Positions 16,463 through 26,200 of a DNA stretch of 43,821 bases are shown here, in pieces (position 1 is the first letter of the stretch; the number at the start of each line of letters is the position of its first letter). A program made the position numbers and the translations under genes. Under the pieces are notes generated by a model that was given only the letters and a program-made list of their open reading frames with translations, had not been told where the DNA came from and ran no database searches. The DNA is from a virus (lineage: Duplodnaviria > Caudoviricetes): the IMG/VR virus record IMGVR_UViG_3300030376_002994, positions 1 through 43,821 of that record; one strand, 5' to 3'.

Positions 16463-17038
16463 CTAGTCTATTAATTCTGTTATGCCAGTCATCTTATTTA
16501 TTTGTTCTTGAGACTTTTTAAAGTCATCTATATGTTTATCATATACTTCAGATGGCATTGGATATTTGTCAATATCAGTTCCTTCTTCAAACTCATACTG
16601 AACCATATCTATTATCTCAATTTCATATTTTATTGCAATATCATGCAATAGTCTCCAAGGTGGTCCCCAAGCAGATTGAAATGTGATTACTTTTTTACCA
16701 GCATTATTTCTAAATACTTCTGTATCACAATCTCCCCATTTAGTTCCCCAATTAGCATATTGCCAATCAATTACTTTGTATGTACCATACTTTTCTATTA
16801 GTTCTTCTTTACGAATGTCTAACATTGGTCTAGCACCTTCAGAATCTTCATACCAAGCATCAACTCTAACACCATCAAAATCTCTTGAACCTTGATGTAT
16901 GTCTTTAAGTTCGTCTGGTACGGGCATAAGATTGCCTAATTCATTATTATTTTTTGATAACTCATCAAAGAAAGCTTTCACTTTCTCTATCTCGCCATCA
17001 ATCACACAAGTATTTTGTGTCCAGTTAGGCATCATCAC
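16463..17038 (-). CDS. DUF1281/YubB-like ferredoxin-fold protein
   Basis: MPNWTQN, DWQYANWGTKW, FQSAWGPP. Confidence 0.85.
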   Translation of the reverse strand: MMMPNWTQNTCVIDGEIEKVKAFFDELSKNNNELGNLMPVPDELKDIHQGSRDFDGVRVDAWYEDSEGARPMLDIRKEELIEKYGTYKVIDWQYANWGTKWGDCDTEVFRNNAGKKVITFQSAWGPPWRLLHDIAIKYEIEIIDMVQYEFEEGTDIDKYPMPSEVYDKHIDDFKKSQEQINKMTGITELID

Positions 17039-17381
17039 CTCCCAAATTATCTTCTGTTTCTTTTATCATTTTAGAAATCTCTTCATTGATTTCCATATTT
17101 GTTAATTTAACTGCGTCAGGCACATCATCTCTTTCATTTAGAAACTCTGTAAAATCATCTCTAAATACTTTGTGTGCCAAAACAGTTGCTACTGCATTTG
17201 CTCTGAAATCTTTAGATTTATTACCTAAATATTCAACAGTTGCTTGTTGCAAAGCTCCAATTAGTTTTAGTTTCATATTCATATCGTTAACTTTTTTAAC
17301 TAGCAAATCCATAGCTTCATTGCTATCGATATCTAACTTAGTAACCTTTGCATTGTATTTCTCTTTTTTGGATTCACTCAT
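17025..17381 (-). CDS. hypothetical protein
   Basis: GTGA overlap, GGAGG RBS. Confidence 0.7.
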   Translation of the reverse strand: MSESKKEKYNAKVTKLDIDSNEAMDLLVKKVNDMNMKLKLIGALQQATVEYLGNKSKDFRANAVATVLAHKVFRDDFTEFLNERDDVPDAVKLTNMEINEEISKMIKETEDNLGGDDA

Positions 17382-17776
17382 TCTTCCTCCATTTGATTGA
17401 GTATGTCATCCAATACTTGTTCATTTCTTGTTACAAACGCAACATAATCATCCCATAATGTATCAAATACATTCTTTAAGTCTCCATTACCTATATCGTT
17501 TTCAGTTTGTGTTACAAGATTTATTGGCTGACCGTCTTCATCGTTTATGCTGAGTGTTAAATCAAAGAAATCATTGAAATTGTGTATTACTTTCCAATGT
17601 AGTGTTCTATTGTTTATTGTAATGTCAAACTCTATACCACCGTGATAATCTTGTATTCTTTCACCAGATGGATTGTTAGTAAGTATCATTACATTTTCTA
17701 ACATATTATACATACCTAATGGCATTAAATCTGTAATACTACCAGCACTGTATGTATTTACTTCTTTAGTAATCAT
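17378..17776 (-). CDS. hypothetical protein
   Basis: ATGA overlap, AGGAG RBS. Confidence 0.7.
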   Translation of the reverse strand: MITKEVNTYSAGSITDLMPLGMYNMLENVMILTNNPSGERIQDYHGGIEFDITINNRTLHWKVIHNFNDFFDLTLSINDEDGQPINLVTQTENDIGNGDLKNVFDTLWDDYVAFVTRNEQVLDDILNQMEEE

Positions 17777-17979
17777 TTTCCTGCTCCTTTTTTCTGATTA
17801 TCTAATTCATCGTAATAACTTAACGCATCATTACGAATACTGCCTTGTTCTCTACTAATCAATATATCTAAACTTTCATTAGCAAGTTTCTTACTTGCAT
17901 TATCATCTATTACTTTTAGTGATAGTAAGTTATTAATTGATTTGTGTAATATTTCAATATGGTCTAGTAATTTATCCAT
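17773..17979 (-). CDS. hypothetical protein; start moved to MDKLLDH
   Basis: GAAAGGA RBS before Met18 of the track ORF. Confidence 0.65.
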   Translation of the reverse strand: MDKLLDHIEILHKSINNLLSLKVIDDNASKKLANESLDILISREQGSIRNDALSYYDELDNQKKGAGK

Positions 17980-18028
17980 AATGTCCTTTCTTCGTCTCAT
18001 ATGGGTGTTACAAGAACTCCCTTGTCCC

Positions 18029-18059
18029 AAAAAAAAGGTGCTAGGGGGCGTTAGCCCCC
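18029..18059 (-). terminator. probable intrinsic terminator after the SSB-like gene
   Basis: GGGGGC-TAAC-GCCCCC hairpin, then a T8 tract 7 nt downstream on the minus strand. Confidence 0.65.
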
Positions 18060-18074
18060 CAACAGTCCCTTTAA

Positions 18075-18482
18075 CTATTCAGTGTAGCCCCATAGTTCCT
18101 TAGTCATAGCAGGTGCCTTATAGATACCTTTTATGACAAGCTGGGTGCCTCGATTTATCCATTCACCGTCATCACCTTTGTATGACTGTTCCTGAGCAAC
18201 TGCCTCAATAAGTACAGGTTCCGTTTTAGGACGCCCATTCTCACCAACAGGTGCGTTAGCGATAAGTTGTTGCAGTTGAGTTGCAGTAGCATTATCAGCA
18301 TTATTAAATGCCTTAGCGATACTACGATTGTTCTTACCTACAAACTTAACACCAAAGAAAACGCCGTTTCCCATAGTGCCCGGTTGTGTAGGGTCTTTAG
18401 TTATTGTTGTAAAGAAGCCGACTTCCCTTAGTATCCCAAGGTTAACCATTGCTCCCTCATATTCCTTTAATAAACTCATCAT
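18075..18482 (-). CDS. SSB-like OB-fold protein lacking an acidic tail
   Basis: ITKDP...AKAFNNA...PVLIEAVAQEQSYKGDDGEW...QLVI resembles the SSB pattern; strong RBS GGAAAGGAG. Confidence 0.6.
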   Translation of the reverse strand: MMSLLKEYEGAMVNLGILREVGFFTTITKDPTQPGTMGNGVFFGVKFVGKNNRSIAKAFNNADNATATQLQQLIANAPVGENGRPKTEPVLIEAVAQEQSYKGDDGEWINRGTQLVIKGIYKAPAMTKELWGYTE

Positions 18483-18529
18483 ACTCCTTTCCTTTAAGTT
18501 ATATTAATTGATTAGTTTAATATAATGAG

Positions 18530-18575
18530 TTATAAAAGAGAAAAAACATTTGGTCCTCGTTAGAGGGCCTACACT
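18530..18575 (-). promoter_or_regulatory. hairpin-containing promoter-like cassette, copy 2
   Basis: Plus strand TTATAAAAGAGAAAAAACATTT-GGTCCTC-GTTA-GAGGGCC-TACACT, collinear with 10687-10732. Confidence 0.7.
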
Positions 18576-18650
18576 ACATTTAATTTTAATAGAGATACTC
18601 CATAAGGGAACATATAAGTCTAAAGCAGTAGTAAGTTACTGCAAACTAAA

Positions 18651-18730
18651 GCGTTAGCGTTCATACCGTTAGGTTGCGTTAGCAAAGGTCGTTAGACCCA
18701 CGGATGTTAATCCGGCTGTTCGTTAGAACA
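18651..18730. repeat. array of six mini-hairpins with constant GTTA loop and different stems (candidate origin or pac element)
   Basis: GC/GC, ACC/GGT, TTGC/GCAA, GGTC/GACC, CGGAT/ATCCG and TGTTC/GAACA stems, each around GTTA. Confidence 0.85.
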
Positions 18731-18948
18731 TATGTAAGTAGTAAAAAATATGCTGGTAATTCAGTAATACAGTATAGGAGGAGAGCCTGTCAGGGCATGA
18801 GCGGGCCTATATATATTAATGTTTATGATTTAAATGTCTTTTTAATCCTTGAGTACTAGGTTTGTGTTTCTGCTTTACTGTCCTACCAGTCCCTAGCTTT
18901 CTGCACCCCGATTGCAACTTTACTTGTAATTAAATTCTTTCCAAATGT

Positions 18949-18977
18949 TTGTAATATCTTTCAATATAGCATATAAT
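18949..18977 (+). promoter_or_regulatory. sigma70-type promoter for the terminase/structural arm
   Basis: TTGTAA-17 nt-TATAAT. Confidence 0.7.
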
Positions 18978-19013
18978 AATATCTAAGCAAGTATCTAAGA
19001 AGGATTAGTTTGA

Positions 19014-20930
19014 ATGTCTAATAAGCCCCATAAAGTTTGTGCAGGAACAGGATGTAAAAAATGGTTAAAAGGGAAGCAGAGACGCTTCTGTTCTACTACT
19101 TGCAACAAAAGAACTTGGGCCCAGGAAAAAGCATCAGGTAAAGAGAATGTTACTAAAGCAATTAATAAAGAATTAAAGTCCGATACTGGTGATTATGCTT
19201 CTATAAGGAGGGGTACACACTATGAGAACTTTAAAGCAACCTATGCAGAAGACTTAGCAGGGGGCCTTATCACCACCCTAGAGGTATCAGAGGCCATTGG
19301 CACCAGTTCAGCTACTGTTTCTCGCATGCTCGCTGCCTACAAGATAGACAGAGATAATGAGATTAAAGCCGAAGACTGGCAACTAAGTGAAACCCAGACT
19401 GAAATATTACAAAATTTTTCTAGCTTTCGCTCTAAATACTTTGCTACAGAAACAGGGGAGAAATTCGAGACTGCAGACTTTCATGAAAACTGGATACTTA
19501 ACATAGAAGACAGTATAGAGAACGGTAAAGAGTTATTAATACTATCACCCCCAAGACATGGAAAGACAGAACTACTTATACACTTTGCTATATACCAAAT
19601 AATGAAGAACCCCAACATAAGAATCATGTGGGTTGGAGGTAACGAGGATATTGCCAAGAACGCATTAAGCTCTGTACTAGAACATCTTGATGACAATGAC
19701 AGATTGATAGAAGACTTCTGTCCTCCTGGAAAGAATTTTAAACCTGATAACCGTTCAGGAAAGAACTGGTCACAGAATCAATTTACTGTAGGTACAAGAA
19801 CAGTACCAGGTATTAAATCACCAACTATGGTTGCTATAGGTAAGGGTGGAAAGATTTTATCTCGTGACTGTGACTTGATTATTGCTGATGACATTGAAGA
19901 CCATCAAACAACTATGCAACCTGGTGCAAGAGAGAACACTAGACAGTGGTGGACTACTACTCTCTCATCAAGAAAAGAGGAACATACTGCTGTAGTAGTA
20001 ATTGGTTCAAGGCAACACTCAGATGATTTATATCATCACTTACTTGCTAATGATAGTTTTACAACAATAGTTGAAACAGCACATGATATAGCTTGTCCTA
20101 TACCTGACCATTTTGAATCTGAACATATTGAGTGTATGTTGTGGCCAGGCAAAAGAACTTTCACTTGGTTAATGTCTCGTATGCGTGCAGCAGAGACTAC
20201 AGGTGGTAGAAAGATTTATGAAATGGTTTATTACAATCAAGCTTTTGTTGAAGGTACACAAATCTTTACTATGGATATGGTTGATAATTGTTTCAGACCA
20301 GACTTGACGATAGGGCAAATACCAGGTGGATTGCATTTAGTTGCAGGACTTGACCCAGCTTCGTCAGGATATCAAGCAGCTGTACTATGGGGTATAAACT
20401 CTTATAGAGGTGAGCTTTTCTTAATTGATTTAGAGAACAGACAAGGTGGGGGAGTGAAACATGCTTTACAAATTATGTCTGACTGGTATCACAAATATGA
20501 TTTACAACATTGGGTTATTGAAGAAAATGGATTTCAATCTGCTATAAGACAAGATGATAAAATAAAAGAATTTGTTTTAAGGTCAGGTATAACTATGCAA
20601 GGACATGTTACTGGAAAAAATAAACATGACCCTATGTATGGTGTAGGTTCAATGGCTGGTTTATTTGAAAATCAAAAAATACATTTACCAGTTGGAAATA
20701 GTGAAAGTATGGCTAAAATAAATGCTTATAAAACACAGTTATTATATTTTGATGGAAAGCCTGTTTCTGTGCGAAACAAAGAAAAAACTGATATAGTGAT
20801 GGCTGGATGGTTTCCAATGAAAGTGTTTAGAAGAATGAACAAAGAGCAACTTGCTACTATGGGACTAGATTATAACGCAAGTCACACAAATTTCAAAGGA
20901 ACCGACTATAATGAGGCACCATGGGGATAG
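19014..20930 (+). CDS. terL: terminase large subunit with N-terminal Zn-finger plus HTH extension
   Basis: Walker A SPPRHGKT, Walker B LIIADD, IGSRQHSDD, RNase H-like AGLDPA, IEENGFQ, TDIVMA. Confidence 0.95.
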   Translation: MSNKPHKVCAGTGCKKWLKGKQRRFCSTTCNKRTWAQEKASGKENVTKAINKELKSDTGDYASIRRGTHYENFKATYAEDLAGGLITTLEVSEAIGTSSATVSRMLAAYKIDRDNEIKAEDWQLSETQTEILQNFSSFRSKYFATETGEKFETADFHENWILNIEDSIENGKELLILSPPRHGKTELLIHFAIYQIMKNPNIRIMWVGGNEDIAKNALSSVLEHLDDNDRLIEDFCPPGKNFKPDNRSGKNWSQNQFTVGTRTVPGIKSPTMVAIGKGGKILSRDCDLIIADDIEDHQTTMQPGARENTRQWWTTTLSSRKEEHTAVVVIGSRQHSDDLYHHLLANDSFTTIVETAHDIACPIPDHFESEHIECMLWPGKRTFTWLMSRMRAAETTGGRKIYEMVYYNQAFVEGTQIFTMDMVDNCFRPDLTIGQIPGGLHLVAGLDPASSGYQAAVLWGINSYRGELFLIDLENRQGGGVKHALQIMSDWYHKYDLQHWVIEENGFQSAIRQDDKIKEFVLRSGITMQGHVTGKNKHDPMYGVGSMAGLFENQKIHLPVGNSESMAKINAYKTQLLYFDGKPVSVRNKEKTDIVMAGWFPMKVFRRMNKEQLATMGLDYNASHTNFKGTDYNEAPWG

Positions 20931-22732
20931 AAAATATACAAATTAAAAATTATCAAGAAATAGTAGATAACGCTACTCAACTTGTTTCAGGGAAACCTAG
21001 TAAGCACAGACAAGTGCAAAAAGCAAGAATCAAAGCAATATTAAATGGTGGAAGTGAAGGAATGAAAGCTCTATTAGGAAATTCAATGGAGACATCAGAT
21101 GCAGATTTATTACCTGCACCTAACATGCTTCAATCTGGTATTGATAGACTTGCTCAAAAAATATCAGGTATACCAGATGTTAGAGTAGATATATTAAATC
21201 ACAATACTTCTGACAGAGCTAAGAGAAGAGCAGAGAAGTTAGAAAGAATTGTTACATCATATGATGAACATCAAAATCTTAATTTACAGTTAAGTCAGGC
21301 AGCTAGATGGTTGCCAGGGTATGGTTATGCTGCGTGGATAATAACGACAAGAACAGATAAAAATGGTTATATATACCCAACAGCAGAACTCCGTGACCCT
21401 TATGACACATTCCCTGGGAACTTTGGTCCTAACCAAGAACCTAGAGAATTAGCTGTATTAAGAAGAGTACCAAGATATAAGCTTGCTCAACTCTATCCTG
21501 AGTATGCTAAAGATATCTTAAATCCACCTGAAGAAGAAACATCTGAAACTGCTTTCGGAAGAGGTGGTGTTGGAACTCAATATCAAAATGATAAAGAAAA
21601 CAATTGGGAAGATAATACTGGGCAGGGTGTTCGAATTATAGAATACTACGATGTAGGTGGAACTTATATTGTGTTTCCGGAAAAGAAAATGATTCTGGAC
21701 TTTGTTCCAAATTATCTTTCTACTCCACCTTTTGTGTTTATGAAGAGAACTTCTTTTGATGAACTAAAAGGACAATATGACCACATCATTGGTTTAATGG
21801 GTATGATGGCCAAAATTAATATTATGTCATCAATAGCTATGGAAGACTCTGTATTTACAGAGACAAACATATCTGGAGAATTAGAATCTGGACAATATAG
21901 AAAAGGTAGATTTGCAATTAACTATCTTGCTCCAGGTACACAAGTTTCTAAACCACAAAATAATATACCTTATCAATTGTTTCAACAAGTAGATAGGTTA
22001 GAAAGACAACTTAGATTAGTAGGTGGTTATCCAGTTACTGATGATGCTCAATCACCTAACTCATTTGTTACTGGTGCAGGATTACAAGAACTTAATGGAA
22101 CTATGTCATTAATGATTAATGAATATAGAGAAATAATCAAACATGGTATTGAATCTATGGATGAAAAAAGATTAGAACTTGATAGTTTGTTATCTGCACA
22201 ATTTGAAGAATTAAGAAAAAAACCAATACAAGGTTATTATGCTGGTACTGCATTCTCAGAAAACTATTCTCCTATAGCAGATATTGGAGGAGATTATAGA
22301 ACTAGAAGAGTTTATGGAGTTATGGCTGGTTTTGATGAACCACAAAAAATTGTTACTGGTTTGCAATTATTGCAAGCAGGTGTTATAGATGTAGAAACAT
22401 TACAAGATAACATTGATGGACTTGATAATATTGCTAAAGTGCAAGAGCGTATTAGAAAAAATAAAGCTGAAAATGTTTTATTTGAATCTGTTCTTGCTAG
22501 AAGTGCTCAAGGAGACCCAGCAGCTACAATGGCAGTAATTGCTATTTATGAATATCCTTCTGAAATGACAGATATATTAAAACTGTTTTATACTCCACAA
22601 GAGCCACAAATGTCTCCTGAAGAAGAAGCATACATACAACAACAACAAATGGGTATGCAACAGCAACAACAAATGGCGGGGCCTGGACAACAAGCTCCTC
22701 CAACAGTAGCTGGTGCTTTAGGAGGAATGTAA
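20921..22732 (+). CDS. portal protein
   Basis: Directly after terL; 603 aa; GYG...LRDPYDTFP pattern; Gln/Pro/Met-rich tail typical of podovirus portals. Confidence 0.85.
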   Translation: MGIENIQIKNYQEIVDNATQLVSGKPSKHRQVQKARIKAILNGGSEGMKALLGNSMETSDADLLPAPNMLQSGIDRLAQKISGIPDVRVDILNHNTSDRAKRRAEKLERIVTSYDEHQNLNLQLSQAARWLPGYGYAAWIITTRTDKNGYIYPTAELRDPYDTFPGNFGPNQEPRELAVLRRVPRYKLAQLYPEYAKDILNPPEEETSETAFGRGGVGTQYQNDKENNWEDNTGQGVRIIEYYDVGGTYIVFPEKKMILDFVPNYLSTPPFVFMKRTSFDELKGQYDHIIGLMGMMAKINIMSSIAMEDSVFTETNISGELESGQYRKGRFAINYLAPGTQVSKPQNNIPYQLFQQVDRLERQLRLVGGYPVTDDAQSPNSFVTGAGLQELNGTMSLMINEYREIIKHGIESMDEKRLELDSLLSAQFEELRKKPIQGYYAGTAFSENYSPIADIGGDYRTRRVYGVMAGFDEPQKIVTGLQLLQAGVIDVETLQDNIDGLDNIAKVQERIRKNKAENVLFESVLARSAQGDPAATMAVIAIYEYPSEMTDILKLFYTPQEPQMSPEEEAYIQQQQMGMQQQQQMAGPGQQAPPTVAGALGGM

Positions 22733-22899
22733 TGGAAAATCTTGATAATTTATTTTGGGATATTATTGATACTGAATTTGGTGAACAACCATATGGTGAC
22801 CCAATGCCACCTATGCCACCAATGCAAATAATTAAACCATTACCAAATATAATAATAATGATTACTGATGAGGAAGGATATTATGGTACGGAAATCTAA
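22732..22899 (+). CDS. 55-aa hypothetical protein (not in ORF track)
   Basis: MENLDNLFWDIIDTEFG...GTEI*; TAATG overlap with portal; GGAGG RBS. Confidence 0.6.
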   Translation: MENLDNLFWDIIDTEFGEQPYGDPMPPMPPMQIIKPLPNIIIMITDEEGYYGTEI

Positions 22900-23290
22900 A
22901 GGTGGTTACAGACAACCAACTCCTAGTAGGAAAAATGCTGTAAGTGGACCAGGTGCATTAAGTCAAAGAACTGATGGAAATCAACCAGTTATGAGATTAC
23001 CAAATGCAGATTATGGTGAAAGTGCAGCTTTTGAACAACAACAACAAGGAGCTCCATTAGGAGATTCAGGAGGAGCTAATGCTCCATTTCCAATGCCAGA
23101 TGCAGCAGGACCAGATGTTTTCGGTGGAACAGACTTTCCAGACCAACCAGCTACACAAGGAATACCAATGGGAGAAGGGGCAGGACCATCAAGAGATATA
23201 GCTAATAATGTTGATATATTATTATCTGCTATGTATCAAGTAAATCCTCACCCTGTTATACTTCAATTACTCAATAGTAGAAGTACATAA
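22883..23290 (+). CDS. Pro/Gly-rich putative virion protein
   Basis: GGYRQP...VSGPGALSQRTDG...YGE...P.TQGIPMGEGAGP; start moved to MVRKSK (RBS GAGGAAGGA). Confidence 0.7.
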   Translation: MVRKSKGGYRQPTPSRKNAVSGPGALSQRTDGNQPVMRLPNADYGESAAFEQQQQGAPLGDSGGANAPFPMPDAAGPDVFGGTDFPDQPATQGIPMGEGAGPSRDIANNVDILLSAMYQVNPHPVILQLLNSRST

Positions 23291-26200
23291 TGTTTTTAGA
23301 CCCTTTTATGGAACAGAGCTACTACATGGCTCAAAAGATGGAACAAGATTTAGTTAAATTATATTCCAGTCCTGAATTTAGACCTATTCTTAACCAGTTA
23401 CAATCAGGTATGATTAGAGATTCTTTAGCTGCTCCAATTAAAGATAAACAATTAATTTTTGCTGAACAAGTTCTACCTGTATCAGAAACCCTTTCAAAAC
23501 AAATGTTAGCTGATGAAGCTCAAGAAGAATGGGTATTACAAGAATCAAAAAACTGGGATGAGTTATCTGCAAAGTTTAGAGATGAAAAAATAACAGATGA
23601 TATGCATCTTAGTGTTATGGATATACTTTCTGGTGGTTGGGCTCCAGGTGGTAGAACTCCTGATGAAGTAGGTGGATGGTCATTACCTATATGGGTAGTG
23701 GGTACTTTAGATGCAATTAGAGAGACTTGGAATAAATGGAATCCTTTACCAACTTCCGATGTATTACAATTTGGTGGTGGAGGTGTTCCTTATAGAGCAC
23801 AAGGTCGTATTTGGAGATATTATCAAGACCTTAGAAGATATGATGAATTATTAGAAAAAGGATATACTCCAGATGTAGCACAAGCTAATATAGCTTCTTT
23901 AGTAAATATATCTGAAGTTCCAAACTTAGGTAGAGATTTAGGTCCAGGAGAACTTGAACAAAATATTGATTTTATGAAAGAAGCAATTAAATTTTCTGGA
24001 GAAAATTATATCTGGGCTGCAGCTAAAAAAGTTATGAATGGTGAAGCTGTCAATATGGATAGAAGCAAAGTATTCTTTTTTGAATCTATACATGCTGAAG
24101 AAGACCCAATATATAAAGAACTACTTTTAAAATTTAAAGGAGATGAACAGAAAGCTAAAGATTTATATTATTTAAAGGTTGGTTCTCCTATCAAAGAACT
24201 AGATGCAAATGGAAATATTAATTACACAGGTATAGATAATCCTAATAAAATAAAAATATTTGCTGATAGAAGAACTAATTACAATGATATGAATATTACT
24301 GAGTATGCACAAAGAGAATTTTTAAATGATGCTCAACAAACACCTTATTCATGGGGTAGGTATGAATCTGGCCAGATATATCAACCAGGTACAACTGCTT
24401 ACAAAGTTACTTCTGGTTTATTAGATTTTGCTTCAGCTTTACCTGCTGAATATTTTACTGGTGGATTATTAAACTTAGGTAAGATTAAAAAATGGTCAAG
24501 AAGTACTGACCTCTTAATAGCTGAAAAAGCTAAAAGATTAAATCTTGGTCAAACTAGATATCTTGGTAATAAAAAGGAAGCTATTGAATTACACAATACT
24601 ATTGTTAAAGCTACTAAAGATAGAAGTAAAGCAGGTAAACAAGCTTGGGATAATTTAACTCCAGATGAAAAGAAAATAGCTACTGCTTTAAATAATAATT
24701 CTGAAGATTTAGCTAGGCTACAATTAAACCCTACACAACTAGATGACTTAATACCAGAAGTTAAAAAAGCACTTAAAGAAGATAGAAAGCTTAGAAGAAA
24801 ACATGGTTTAATTAATGGTAGAGTTCAATCTGTATTTGCTAAAGATTCAAGTAAGTTGATGGCTTTACCAGAATATCAAATAATCAGAAAACATATTGCT
24901 ACTAGTGATTATCACACATTAGTAAATGATAATACTTTAAAACAATGGGTACCTGATGATGCATTTTGGAAACATATTGCAGGAAAAGATGAATTAGAAA
25001 TTGATAATATATTTAAAGGTTTATTAAGTGACGGTGTTCATACAGCTCAAATGATACCACAAGGAGCAAAAGCAAATACAGTTATACAAGCTTCAGGTTT
25101 ACCTAAAGGTTTCTCTTACATGACTAATGCTGGTATTAGAAAAATGACAGGTAAGTCTGATTTTGCAATGAGAAGTCTAGGTTCTGTTCTTGGTGAACAA
25201 ACTGCTGCTGTTTGGCAGAAAAGTAAATTTGCAATGAGAACATTAAGACATTATGAGGATACTGTTCAACAAGCTAGAAAATATACACAAGCTTACAAAG
25301 TAACTGATGGTGCTGTTGATGGATTATTTGATACAGTTAGTTCATTAAGGTTTTATTATAAAAATAAAATTGACCCTAGAACTCAAGGTATTAAAAAATA
25401 TCTAGGATTTAGTTCTAACTTCATGGATGGTTCTTCAGCTTGGGTTAAAAAGATGACAGCTTTAAGAACTGCGAACTACATGACTATGACAAATGGAGCT
25501 GAAGGAACTAGACAGTTAATTGACAATATGAATTTAAATGGTTTTTCAGCAGAATATTTTAATACAAGAATGGATGAATGGTTTAAAATCTTAGAAGCAC
25601 CAGTTGAAGAACAATATCGTTTAAAAAATAATTTCTTAATTGATTATATGAATGATTCTATAAAACAAGCTACTAATAAAGTAAGAGCCAGAGCTGATGC
25701 AGCAGGAACTTCATATCAAGGTGATAATATTAATGTATTAGAAAAACATGCTAAGAAACTTATTACTGACTGGAATAGTGATAAATCATATTGGAAGAGT
25801 TCTGGTGTTGATGGTGAGGATGTTTACAACATGGTATTTCCTGGTTCATCTTCAGGTATTCTTTATGATACTAAAAAAATGTGGTTACAAGGAAAAGATT
25901 ATAATATCTTAGTACCTAAAGCTTCTACTTTAGGAGAAATGACTGAAAACTATTTCCCATTCTTAAATCAAGATATTGTAGATAGAGTTGCAGGAAAAGG
26001 TTTTTTTGCTTTAGATTCAAATGACCTTAAGAAATTTTCAGGATACAAAATGGCTAAACCTCATTATAAAGAATTTGTAAAAAGATTTAAAGCAAGTGGT
26101 AGTAAAGGTGTTAAACAATATGCAGCTGAGATAGGTGGATATATACCTACAAATAAAACAATGGATGATGCAGTTACATTGATGTTAGATAGCTATACAA

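Noticed and set aside
18651-18730. CRISPR mini-array or iteron set
   Set aside because: The constant part is only 4-6 nt and the spacers are self-complementary stems; no cas genes.
22630-22700. CAA/poly-Gln repeat at the portal C-terminus
   Set aside because: Ordinary low-complexity tail of podovirus portals.
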